NCBI RefSeq assembly: GCF_009914755.1 | Contig: NC_060932.1 | Length of the DNA: 64,000 bases | Strand: one strand, 5' to 3' | Source of the DNA: the human T2T-CHM13v2.0 reference genome, Homo sapiens | Shown here: piece by piece, positions 41,173-53,788 of the stretch | Layout of the letters: each line of letters opens with the position of its first letter | Numbering within the stretch: the stretch's first letter is position 1 | Notes under the pieces: generated by a model | Database searches by the model: none | Told to the model about the DNA's origin: nothing | The model's input: the letters and a program-made list of their open reading frames with translations, nothing else | Position numbers and translations under genes: made by a program

Positions 41173-44100
41173 CTTCGTGATGTTTGCAATCAAGTCACAG
41201 AGTTGAACCTTCCGTTTCATAGAGCAGGTTGGAAACACTCTTTTTGTAGTATCTGGAAGTGGACATTTGGAGGGCTTTGTAGCCTATGTGGAAAAAGGAA
41301 ATATCTTCCCATGAATGCGAGATAGAAGTAATCTCAGAAACATGTTTATGCTGTATCTACTCAACTAACTGTGCTGAACATTTCTATTGATAGAGCAGTT
41401 TTGAGACACTCTTCTTTTGGAATCTGCAAGTGGATATTTGGATAGATTTGAGGATTTCGTTGGAAACGGGATTATATATCAAAAGTAGACAGCAGCATTC
41501 TCAGAAACTTCTTTGTGATGTTTGCATCCAGCTCTCAGAGTTGAACATTCCCTTTCATAGAGTAGGTTTGAAACCCTCTTTTTATAGTGTCTGGAAGCGG
41601 GCATTTGGAGCGCTTTCAGGCCTATGCTGAAAAAGGAAATATCTACCTATGGAAACTAGACAGAAGCATTCTGAGAATCACGTTTGTGATGTGGGTACTC
41701 AACTAACAGTGTTGATCCATTCTTTTGATACAGCAGTTTTGAACCACACTTTTTGTAGAATCTGCAAGTGGATATTTGGATAGCTGTGAGGATTTCGTTG
41801 GAAACGGGAATGTCTTCATAGAAAATTTAGACAGAAGCATTCTCAGAACCTTGATTGTGATGTGTGTTCTCCACTAACAGAGTTGAACCTTTCTTTTGAC
41901 AGAACTGTTCTGAAACATTCTTGTTATAGAATCTGGAAGTGGATATTTGGAAAGCTTTGAGGATTTCGTTGGAAACGGGAATATCTTCAAATCAAATCTA
42001 GCCAGAAGCATTCTAAGAAACATCTTAGGGATGTTTACATTCAAGTCACAGAGTTGAACATTCCCTTTCACAGAGCAGGTTTGAAACAATCTTCTCGTAC
42101 TATCTGGCAGTGGACATTTTGAGCTCCTTGGGGCCTATGCTGAAAAAGGAAATATCTTCCGACAAAAACTAGACAGAAGCATTCGCAGAATCACGTTTGT
42201 GATGTGTGCACTCAACTGTCAGAATTGAACCTTGGTTTGGACAGAGCACTTTTGAAACACTCTTTTTGTAGAATCTGCAGGTGGATATTTGGCTAGCTTT
42301 GAGGATTTCGTTGGAAACGGTAATGTCTTCAAAGAAAATCTAGACAGAAGCATTCTCAGAAACACCTTCGTGATGTTTGCAATCAAGTCACAGAGTTGAA
42401 CCTTCCGTTTCATAGAGCAGGTTGGAAACACTCTTTTTGTAGTATCTGGAAGTGGACATTTGGAGGGCTTTGTAGCCTATGTGGAAAAAGGAAATATCTT
42501 CCCATGAATGCGAGATAGAAGTAATCTCAGAAACATGTTTATGCTGTATCTACTCAACTAACTGTGCTGAACATTTCTATTGATAGAGCAGTTTTGAGAC
42601 ACTCTTCTTTTGGAATCTGCAAGTGGATATTTGGATAGATTTGAGGATTTCGTTGGAAACGGGATTATATATCAAAAGTAGACAGCAGCATTCTCAGAAA
42701 CTTCTTTGTGATGTTTGCATCCAGCTCTCAGAGTTGAACATTCCCTTTCATAGAGTAGGTTTGAAACCCTCTTTTTATAGTGTCTGGAAGCGGGCATTTG
42801 GAGCGCTTTCAGGCCTATGCTGAAAAAGGAAATATCTACCTATGGAAACTAGACAGAAGCATTCTGAGAATCACGTTTGTGATGTGGGTACTCAACTAAC
42901 AGTGTTGATCCATTCTTTTGATACAGCAGTTTTGAACCACACTTTTTGTAGAATCTGCAAGTGGATATTTGGATAGCTGTGAGGATTTCGTTGGAAACGG
43001 GAATGTCTTCATAGAAAATTTAGACAGAAGCATTCTCAGAACCTTGATTGTGATGTGTGTTCTCCACTAACAGAGTTGAACCTTTCTTTTGACAGAACTG
43101 TTCTGAAACATTCTTGTTATAGAATCTGGAAGTGGATATTTGGAAAGCTTTGAGGATTTCGTTGGAAACGGGAATATCTTCAAATCAAATCTAGCCAGAA
43201 GCATTCTAAGAAACATCTTAGGGATGTTTACATTCAAGTCACAGAGTTGAACATTCCCTTTCACAGAGCAGGTTTGAAACAATCTTCTCGTACTATCTGG
43301 CAGTGGACATTTTGAGCTCCTTGGGGCCTATGCTGAAAAAGGAAATATCTTCCGACAAAAACTAGACAGAAGCATTCGCAGAATCACGTTTGTGATGTGT
43401 GCACTCAACTGTCAGAATTGAACCTTGGTTTGGACAGAGCACTTTTGAAACACTCTTTTTGTAGAATCTGCAGGTGGATATTTGGCTAGCTTTGAGGATT
43501 TCGTTGGAAACGGTAATGTCTTCAAAGAAAATCTAGACAGAAGCATTCTCAGAAACACCTTCGTGATGTTTGCAATCAAGTCACAGAGTTGAACCTTCCG
43601 TTTCATAGAGCAGGTTGGAAACACTCTTTTTGTAGTATCTGGAAGTGGACATTTGGAGGGCTTTGTAGCCTATGTGGAAAAAGGAAATATCTTCCCATGA
43701 ATGCGAGATAGAAGTAATCTCAGAAACATGTTTATGCTGTATCTACTCAACTAACTGTGCTGAACATTTCTATTGATAGAGCAGTTTTGAGACACTCTTC
43801 TTTTGGAATCTGCAAGTGGATATTTGGATAGATTTGAGGATTTCGTTGGAAACGGGATTATATATCAAAAGTAGACAGCAGCATTCTCAGAAACTTCTTT
43901 GTGATGTTTGCATCCAGCTCTCAGAGTTGAACATTCCCTTTCATAGAGTAGGTTTGAAACCCTCTTTTTATAGTGTCTGGAAGCGGGCATTTGGAGCGCT
44001 TTCAGGCCTATGCTGAAAAAGGAAATATCTACCTATAGAAACTAGACAGAAGCATTCTGAGAATCACGTTTGTGATGTGGGTACTCAACTAACAGTGTTG

Positions 44101-47100
44101 ATCCATTCTTTTGATACAGCAGTTTTGAACCACACTTTTTGTAGAATCTGCAAGTGGATATTTGGATAGCTGTGAGGATTTCGTTGGAAACGGGAATGTC
44201 TTCATAGAAAATTTAGACAGAAGCATTCTCAGAACCTTGATTGTGATGTGTGTTCTCCACTAACAGAGTTGAACCTTTCTTTTGACAGAACTGTTATGAA
44301 ACATTCTTGTTATAGAATCTGGAAGTGGATATTTGGAAAGCTTTGAGGATTTCGTTGGAAACGGGAATATCTTCAAATAAAATCTAGCCAGAAGCATTCT
44401 AAGAAACATCTTAGGGATGTTTACATTCAAGTCACAGAGTTGAACATTCCCTTTCACAGAGCAGGTTTGAAACAATCTTCTCGTACTATCTGGCAGTGGA
44501 CATTTTGAGCTCCTTGGGGCCTATGCTGAAAAAGGAAATATCTTCCGACAAAAACTAGACAGAAGCATTCGCAGAATCACGTTTGTGATGTGTGCACTCA
44601 ACTGTCAGAATTGAACCTTGGTTTGGACAGAGCACTTTTGAAACACTCTTTTTGTAGAATCTGCAGGTGGATATTTGGCTAGCTTTGAGGATTTCGTTGG
44701 AAACGGTAATGTCTTCAAAGAAAATCTAGACAGAAGCATTCTCAGAAACACCTTCGTGATGTTTGCAATCAAGTCACAGAGTTGAACCTTCCGTTTCATA
44801 GAGCAGGTTGGAAACACTCTTTTTGTAGTATCTGGAAGTGGACATTTGGAGGGCTTTGTAGCCTATCTGGAAAAAGGAAATATCTTCCCATGAATGCGAG
44901 ATAGAAGTAATCTCAGAAACATGTTTATGCTGTATCTACTCAACTAACTGTGCTGAACATTTCTATTGATAGAGCAGTTTTGAGACACTCTTCTTTTGGA
45001 ATCTGCAAGTGGATATTTGGATAGATTTGAGGATTTCGTTGGAAACGGGATTATATATCAAAAGTAGACAGCAGCATTCTCAGAAACTTCTTTGTGATGT
45101 TTGCATCCAGCTCTCAGAGTTGAACATTCCCTTTCATAGAGTAGGTTTGAAACCCTCTTTTTATAGTGTCTGGAAGCGGGCATTTGGAGCGCTTTCAGGC
45201 CTATGCTGAAAAAGGAAATATCTACCTATGGAAACTAGACAGAAGCATTCTGAGAATCACGTTTGTGATGTGGGTACTCAACTAACAGTGTTGATCCATT
45301 CTTTTGATACAGCAGTTTTGAACCACACTTTTTGTAGAATCTGCAAGTGGATATTTGGATAGCTGTGAGGATTTCGTTGGAAACGGGAATGTCTTCATAG
45401 AAAATTTAGACAGAAGCATTCTCAGAACCTTGATTGTGATGTGTGTTCTCCACTAACAGAGTTGAACCTTTCTTTTGACAGAACTGTTCTGAAACATTCT
45501 TGTTATAGAATCTGGAAGTGGATATTTGGAAAGCTTTGAGGATTTCGTTGGAAACGGGAATATCTTCAAATAAAATCTAGCCAGAAGCATTCTAAGAAAC
45601 ATCTTAGGGATGTTTACATTCAAGTCACAGAGTTGAACATTCCCTTTCACAGAGCAGGTTTGAAACAATCTTCTCGTACTATCTGGCAGTGGACATTTTG
45701 AGCTCCTTGGGGCCTATGCTGAAAAAGGAAATATCTTCCGACAAAAACTAGACAGAAGCATTCGCAGAATCACGTTTGTGATGTGTGCACTCAACTGTCA
45801 GAATTGAACCTTGGTTTGGACAGAGCACTTTTGAAACACTCTTTTTGTAGAATCTGCAGGTGGATATTTGGCTAGCTTTGAGGATTTCGTTGGAAACGGT
45901 AATGTCTTCAAAGAAAATCTAGACAGAAGCATTCTCAGAAACACCTTCGTGATGTTTGCAATCAAGTCACAGAGTTGAACCTTCCGTTTCATAGAGCAGG
46001 TTGGAAACACTCTTTTTGTAGTATCTGGAAGTGGACATTTGGAGGGCTTTGTAGCCTATGTGGAAAAAGGAAATATCTTCCCATGAATGCGAGATAGAAG
46101 TAATCTCAGAAACATGTTTATGCTGTATCTACTCAACTAACTGTGCTGAACATTTCTATTGATAGAGCAGTTTTGAGACACTCTTCTTTTGGAATCTGCA
46201 AGTGGATATTTGGATAGATTTGAGGATTTCGTTGGAAACGGGATTATATATCAAAAGTAGACAGCAGCATTCTCAGAAACTTCTTTGTGATGTTTGCATC
46301 CAGCTCTCAGAGTTGAACATTCCCTTTCATAGAGTAGGTTTGAAACCCTCTTTTTATAGTGTCTGGAAGCGGGCATTTGGAGCGCTTTCAGGCCTATGCT
46401 GAAAAAGGAAATATCTACCTATAGAAACTAGACAGAAGCATTCTGAGAATCACGTTTGTGATGTGGGTACTCAACTAACAGTGTTGATCCATTCTTTTGA
46501 TACAGCAGTTTTGAACCACACTTTTTGTAGAATCTGCAAGTGGATATTTGGATAGCTGTGAGGATTTCGTTGGAAACGGGAATGTCTTCATAGAAAATTT
46601 AGACAGAAGCATTCTCAGAACCTTGATTGTGATGTGTGTTCTCCACTAACAGAGTTGAACCTTTCTTTTGACAGAACTGTTCTGAAACATTCTTGTTATA
46701 GAATCTGGAAGTGGATATTTGGAAAGCTTTGAGGATTTCGTTGGAAACGGGAATATCTTCAAATCAAATCTAGCCAGAAGCATTCTAAGAAACATCTTAG
46801 GGATGTTTACATTCAAGTCACAGAGTTGAACATTCCCTTTCACAGAGCAGGTTTGAAACAATCTTCTCGTACTATCTGGCAGTGGACATTTTGAGCTCCT
46901 TGGGGCCTATGCTGAAAAAGGAAATATCTTCCGACAAAAACTAGACAGAAGCATTCGCAGAATCACGTTTGTGATGTGTGCACTCAACTGTCAGAATTGA
47001 ACCTTGGTTTGGACAGAGCACTTTTGAAACACTCTTTTTGTAGAATCTGCAGGTGGATATTTGGCTAGCTTTGAGGATTTCGTTGGAAACGGTAATGTCT

Positions 47101-50100
47101 TCAAAGAAAATCTAGACAGAAGCATTCTCAGAAACACCTTCGTGATGTTTGCAATCAAGTCACAGAGTTGAACCTTCCGTTTCATAGAGCAGGTTGGAAA
47201 CACTCTTTGTAGTATCTGGAAGTGGACATTTGGAGGGCTTTGTAGCCTATCTGGAAAAAGGAAATATCTTCCCATGAATGCGAGATAGAAGTAATCTCAG
47301 AAACATGTTTATGCTGTATCTACTCAACTAACTGTGCTGAACATTTCTATTGATAGAGCAGTTTTGAGACACTCTTCTTTTGGAATCTGCAAGTGGATAT
47401 TTGGATAGATTTGAGGATTTCGTTGGAAACGGGATTATATATCAAAAGTAGACAGCAGCATTCTCAGAAACTTCTTTGTGATGTTTGCATCCAGCTCTCA
47501 GAGTTGAACATTCCCTTTCATAGAGTAGGTTTGAAACCCTCTTTTTATAGTGTCTGGAAGCGGGCATTTGGAGCGCTTTCAGGCCTATGCTGAAAAAGGA
47601 AATATCTACCTATAGAAACTAGACAGAAGCATTCTGAGAATCACGTTTGTGATGTGGGTACTCAACTAACAGTGTTGATCCATTCTTTTGATACAGCAGT
47701 TTTGAACCACACTTTTTGTAGAATCTGCAAGTGGATATTTGGATAGCTGTGAGGATTTCGTTGGAAACGGGAATGTCTTCATAGAAAATTTAGACAGAAG
47801 CATTCTCAGAACCTTGATTGTGATGTGTGTTCTCCACTAACAGAGTTGAACCTTTCTTTTGACAGAACTGTTCTGAAACATTCTTTTTATAGAATCTGGA
47901 AGTGGATATTTGGAAAGCTTTGAGGATTTCGTTGGAAACGGGAATATCTTCAAATAAAATCTAGCCAGAAGCATTCTAAGAAACATCTTAGGGATGTTTA
48001 CATTCAAGTCACAGAGTTGAACATTCCCTTTCACAGAGCAGGTTTGAAACAATCTTCTCGTACTATCTGGCAGTGGACATTTTGAGCTCCTTGGGGCCTA
48101 TGCTGAAAAAGGAAATATCTTCCGACAAAAACTAGACAGAAGCATTCGCAGAATCACGTTTGTGATGTGTGCACTCAACTGTCAGAATTGAACCTTGGTT
48201 TGGACAGAGCACTTTTGAAACACTCTTTTTGTAGAATCTGCAGGTGGATATTTGGCTAGCTTTGAGGATTTCGTTGGAAACGGTAATGTCTTCAAAGAAA
48301 ATCTAGACAGAAGCATTCTCAGAAACACCTTCGTGATGTTTGCAATCAAGTCACAGAGTTGAACCTTCCGTTTCATAGAGCAGGTTGGAAACACTCTTTT
48401 TGTAGTATCTGGAAGTGGACATTTGGAGGGCTTTGTAGCCTATGTGGAAAAAGGAAATATCTTCCCATGAATGCGAGATAGAAGTAATCTCAGAAACATG
48501 TTTATGCTGTATCTACTCAACTAACTGTGCTGAACATTTCTATTGATAGAGCAGTTTTGAGACACTCTTCTTTTGGAATCTGCAAGTGGATATTTGGATA
48601 GATTTGAGGATTTCGTTGGAAACGGGATTATATATCAAAAGTAGACAGCAGCATTCTCAGAAACTTCTTTGTGATGTTTGCATCCAGCTCTCAGAGTTGA
48701 ACATTCCCTTTCATAGAGTAGGTTTGAAACCCTCTTTTTATAGTGTCTGGAAGCGGGCATTTGGAGCGCTTTCAGGCCTATGCTGAAAAAGGAAATATCT
48801 ACCTATGGAAACTAGACAGAAGCATTCTGAGAATCACGTTTGTGATGTGGGTACTCAACTAACAGTGTTGATCCATTCTTTTGATACAGCAGTTTTGAAC
48901 CACACTTTTTGTAGAATCTGCAAGTGGATATTTGGATAGCTGTGAGGATTTCGTTGGAAACGGGAATGTCTTCATAGAAAATTTAGACAGAAGCATTCTC
49001 AGAACCTTGATTGTGATGTGTGTTCTCCACTAACAGAGTTGAACCTTTCTTTTGACAGAACTGTTCTGAAACATTCTTGTTATAGAATCTGGAAGTGGAT
49101 ATTTGGAAAGCTTTGAGGATTTCGTTGGAAACGGGAATATCTTCAAATCAAATCTAGCCAGAAGCATTCTAAGAAACATCTTAGGGATGTTTACATTCAA
49201 GTCACAGAGTTGAACATTCCCTTTCACAGAGCAGGTTTGAAACAATCTTCTCGTACTATCTGGCAGTGGACATTTTGAGCTCCTTGGGGCCTATGCTGAA
49301 AAAGGAAATATCTTCCGACAAAAACTAGACAGAAGCATTCGCAGAATCGCGTTTGTGATGTGTGCACTCAACTGTCAGAATTGAACCTTGGTTTGGACAG
49401 AGCACTTTTGAAACACTCTTTTTGTAGAATCTGCAGGTGGATATTTGGCTAGCTTTGAGGATTTCGTTGGAAACGGTAATGTCTTCAAAGAAAATCTAGA
49501 CAGAAGCATTCTCAGAAACACCTTCGTGATGTTTGCAATCAAGTCACAGAGTTGAACCTTCCGTTTCATAGAGCAGGTTGGAAACACTCTTTTTGTAGTA
49601 TCTGGAAGTGGACATTTGCAGGGCTTTGTAGCCTATGTGGAAAAAGGAAATATCTTCCCATGAATGCGAGATAGAAGTAATCTCAGAAACATGTTTATGC
49701 TGTATCTACTCAACTAACTGTGCTGAACATTTCTATTGATAGAGCAGTTTTGAGACACTCTTCTTTTGGAATCTGCAAGTGGATATTTGGATAGATTTGA
49801 GGATTTCGTTGGAAACGGGATTATATATCAAAAGTAGACAGCAGCATTCTCAGAAACTTCTTTGTGATGTTTGCATCCAGCTCTCAGAGTTGAACATTCC
49901 CTTTCATAGAGTAGGTTTGAAACCCTCTTTTTATAGTGTCTGGAAGCGGGCATTTGGAGCACTTTCAGGCCTATGCTGAAAAAGGAAATATCTACCTATA
50001 GAAACTAGACAGAAGCATTCTGAGAATCACGTTTGTGATGTGGGTACTCAACTAACAGTGTTGATCCATTCTTTTGATACAGCAGTTTTGAACCACACTT

Positions 50101-53100
50101 TTTGTAGAATCTGCAAGTGGATATTTGGATAGCTGTGAGGATTTCGTTGGAAACGGGAATGTCTTCATAGAAAATTTAGACAGAAGCATTCTCAGAACCT
50201 TGATTGTGATGTGTGTTCTCCACTAACAGAGTTGAACCTTTCTTTTGACAGAACTGTTCTGAAACATTCTTTTTATAGAATCTGGAAGTGGATATTTGGA
50301 AAGCTTTGAGGATTTCGTTGGAAACGGGAATATCTTCAAATCAAATCTAGCCAGAAGCATTCTAAGAAACATCTTAGGGATGTTTACATTCAAGTCACAG
50401 AGTTGAACATTCCCTTTCACAGAGCAGGTTTGAAACAATCTTCTCGTACTATCTGGCAGTGGACATTTTGAGCTCCTTGGGGCCTATGCTGAAAAAGGAA
50501 ATATCTTCCGACAAAAACTAGACAGAAGCATTCGCAGAATCACGTTTGTGATGTGTGCACTCAACTGTCAGAATTGAACCTTGGTTTGGACAGAGCACTT
50601 TTGAAACACTCTTTTTGTAGAATCTGCAGGTGGATATTTGGCTAGCTTTGAGGATTTCGTTGGAAACGGTAATGTCTTCAAAGAAAATCTAGACAGAAGC
50701 ATTCTCAGAAACACCTTCGTGATGTTTGCAATCAAGTCACAGAGTTGAACCTTCCGTTTCATAGAGCAGGTTGGAAACACTCTTTTTGTAGTATCTGGAA
50801 GTGGACATTTGGAGGGCTTTGTAGCCTATCTGGAAAAAGGAAATATCTTCCCATGAATGCGAGATAGAAGTAATCTCAGAAACATGTTTATGCTGTATCT
50901 ACTCAACTAACTGTGCTGAACATTTCTATTGATAGAGCAGTTTTGAGACACTCTTCTTTTGGAATCTGCAAGTGGATATTTGGATAGATTTGAGGATTTC
51001 GTTGGAAACGGGATTATATATAAAAAGTAGACAGCAGCATTCTCAGAAACTTCTTTGTGATGTTTGCATCCAGCTCTCAGAGTTGAACATTCCCTTTCAT
51101 AGAGTAGGTTTGAAACCCTCTTTTTATAGTGTCTGGAAGCGGGCATTTGGAGCGCTTTCAGGCCTATGCTGAAAAAGGAAATATCTACCTATAGAAACTA
51201 GACAGAAGCATTCTGAGAATCACGTTTGTGATGTGGGAACTCAACTAACAGTGTTGATCCATTCTTTTGATACAGCAGTTTTGAACCACACTTTTTGTAG
51301 AATCTGCAAGTGGATATTTGGATAGCTGTGAGGATTTCGTTGGAAACGGGAATGTCTTCATAGAAAATTTAGACAGAAGCATTCTCAGAACCTTGATTGT
51401 GATGTGTGTTCTCCACTAACAGAGTTGAACCTTTCTTTTGACAGAACTGTTCTGAAACATTCTTTATATAGAATCTGGAAGTGGATATTTGGAAAGCTTT
51501 GAGGATTTCGTTGGAAACGGGAATATCTTCAAATCAAATCTAGCCAGAAGCATTCTAAGAAACATCTTAGGGATGTTTACATTCAAGTCACAGAGTTGAA
51601 CATTCCCTTTCACAGAGCAGGTTTGAAACAATCTTCTCGTACTATCTGGCAGTGGACATTTTGAGCTCCTTGGGGCCTATGCTGAAAAAGGAAATATCTT
51701 CCGACAAAAACTAGACAGAAGCATTCGCAGAATCACGTTTGTGATGTGTGCACTCAACTGTCAGAATTGAACCTTGGTTTGGACAGAGCACTTTTGAAAC
51801 ACTCTTTTTGTAGAATCTGCAGGTGGATATTTGGCTAGCTTTGAGGATTTCGTTGGAAACGGTAATGTCTTCAAAGAAAATCTAGACAGAAGCATTCTCA
51901 GAAACACCTTCGTGATGTTTGCAATCAAGTCACAGAGTTGAACCTTCCGTTTCATAGAGCAGGTTGGAAACACTCTTTTTGTAGTATCTGGAAGTGGACA
52001 TTTGGAGGGCTTTGTAGCCTATCTGGAAAAAGGAAATATCTTCCCATGAATGCGAGATAGAAGTAATCTCAGAAACATGTTTATGCTGTATCTACTCAAC
52101 TAACTGTGCTGAACATTTCTATTGATAGAGCAGTTTTGAGACACTCTTCTTTTGGAATCTGCAAGTGGATATTTGGATAGATTTGAGGATTTCGTTGGAA
52201 ACGGGATTATATATCAAAAGTAGACAGCAGCATTCTCAGAAACTTCTTTGTGATGTTTGCATCCAGCTCTCAGAGTTGAACATTCCCTTTCATAGAGTAG
52301 GTTTGAAACCCTCTTTTTATAGTGTCTGGAAGCGGGCATTTAGAGCGCTTTCAGGCCTATGCTGAAAAAGGAAATATCTACCTATAGAAACTAGACAGAA
52401 GCATTCTGAGAATCACGTTTGTGATGTGGGTACTCAACTAACAGTGTTGATCCATTCTTTTGATACAGCAGTTTTGAACCACACTTTTTGTAGAATCTGC
52501 AAGTGGATATTTGGATAGCTGTGAGGATTTCGTTGGAAACGGGAATGTCTTCATAGAAAATTTAGACAGAAGCATTCTCAGAACCTTGATTGTGATGTGT
52601 GTTCTCCACTAACAGAGTTGAACCTTTCTTTTGACAGAACTGTTCTGAAACATTCTTGTTATAGAATCTGGAAGTGGATATTTGGAAAGCTTTGAGGATT
52701 TCGTTGGAAACGGGAATATCTTCAAATCAAATCTAGCCAGAAGCATTCTAAGAAACATCTTAGGGATGTTTACATTCAAGTCACAGAGTTGAACATTCCC
52801 TTTCACAGAGCAGGTTTGAAACAATCTTCTCGTACTATCTGGCAGTGGACATTTTGAGCTCCTTGGGGCCTATGCTGAAAAAGGAAATATCTTCCGACAA
52901 AAACTAGACAGAAGCATTCGCAGAATCACGTTTGTGATGTGTGCACTCAACTGTCAGAATTGAACCTTGGTTTGGACAGAGCACTTTTGAAACACTCTTT
53001 TTGTAGAATCTGCAGGTGGATATTTGGCTAGCTTTGAGGATTTCGTTGGAAACGGTAATGTCTTCAAAGAAAATCTAGACAGAAGCATTCTCAGAAACAC

Positions 53101-53788
53101 CTTCGTGATGTTTGCAATCAAGTCACAGAGTTGAACCTTCCGTTTCATAGAGCAGGTTGGAAACACTCTTTTTGTAGTATCTGGAAGTGGACATTTGGAG
53201 GGCTTTGTAGCCTATCTGGAAAAAGGAAATATCTTCCCATGAATGCGAGATAGAAGTAATCTCAGAAACATGTTTATGCTGTATCTACTCAACTAACTGT
53301 GCTGAACATTTCTATTGATAGAGCAGTTTTGAGACACTCTTCTTTTGGAATCTGCAAGTGGATATTTGGATAGATTTGAGGATTTCGTTGGAAACGGGAT
53401 TATATATCAAAAGTAGACAGCAGCATTCTCAGAAACTTCTTTGTGATGTTTGCATCCAGCTCTCAGAGTTGAACATTCCCTTTCATAGAGTAGGTTTGAA
53501 ACCCTCTTTTTATAGTGTCTGGAAGCGGGCATTTGGAGCGCTTTCAGGCCTATGCTGAAAAAGGAAATATCTACCTATAGAAACTAGACAGAAGCATTCT
53601 GAGAATCACGTTTGTGATGTGGGTACTCAACTAACAGTGTTGATCCATTCTTTTGATACAGCAGTTTTGAACCACACTTTTTGTAGAATCTGCAAGTGGA
53701 TATTTGGATAGCTGTGAGGATTTCGTTGGAAACGGGAATGTCTTCATAGAAAATTTAGACAGAAGCATTCTCAGAACCTTGATTGTGA

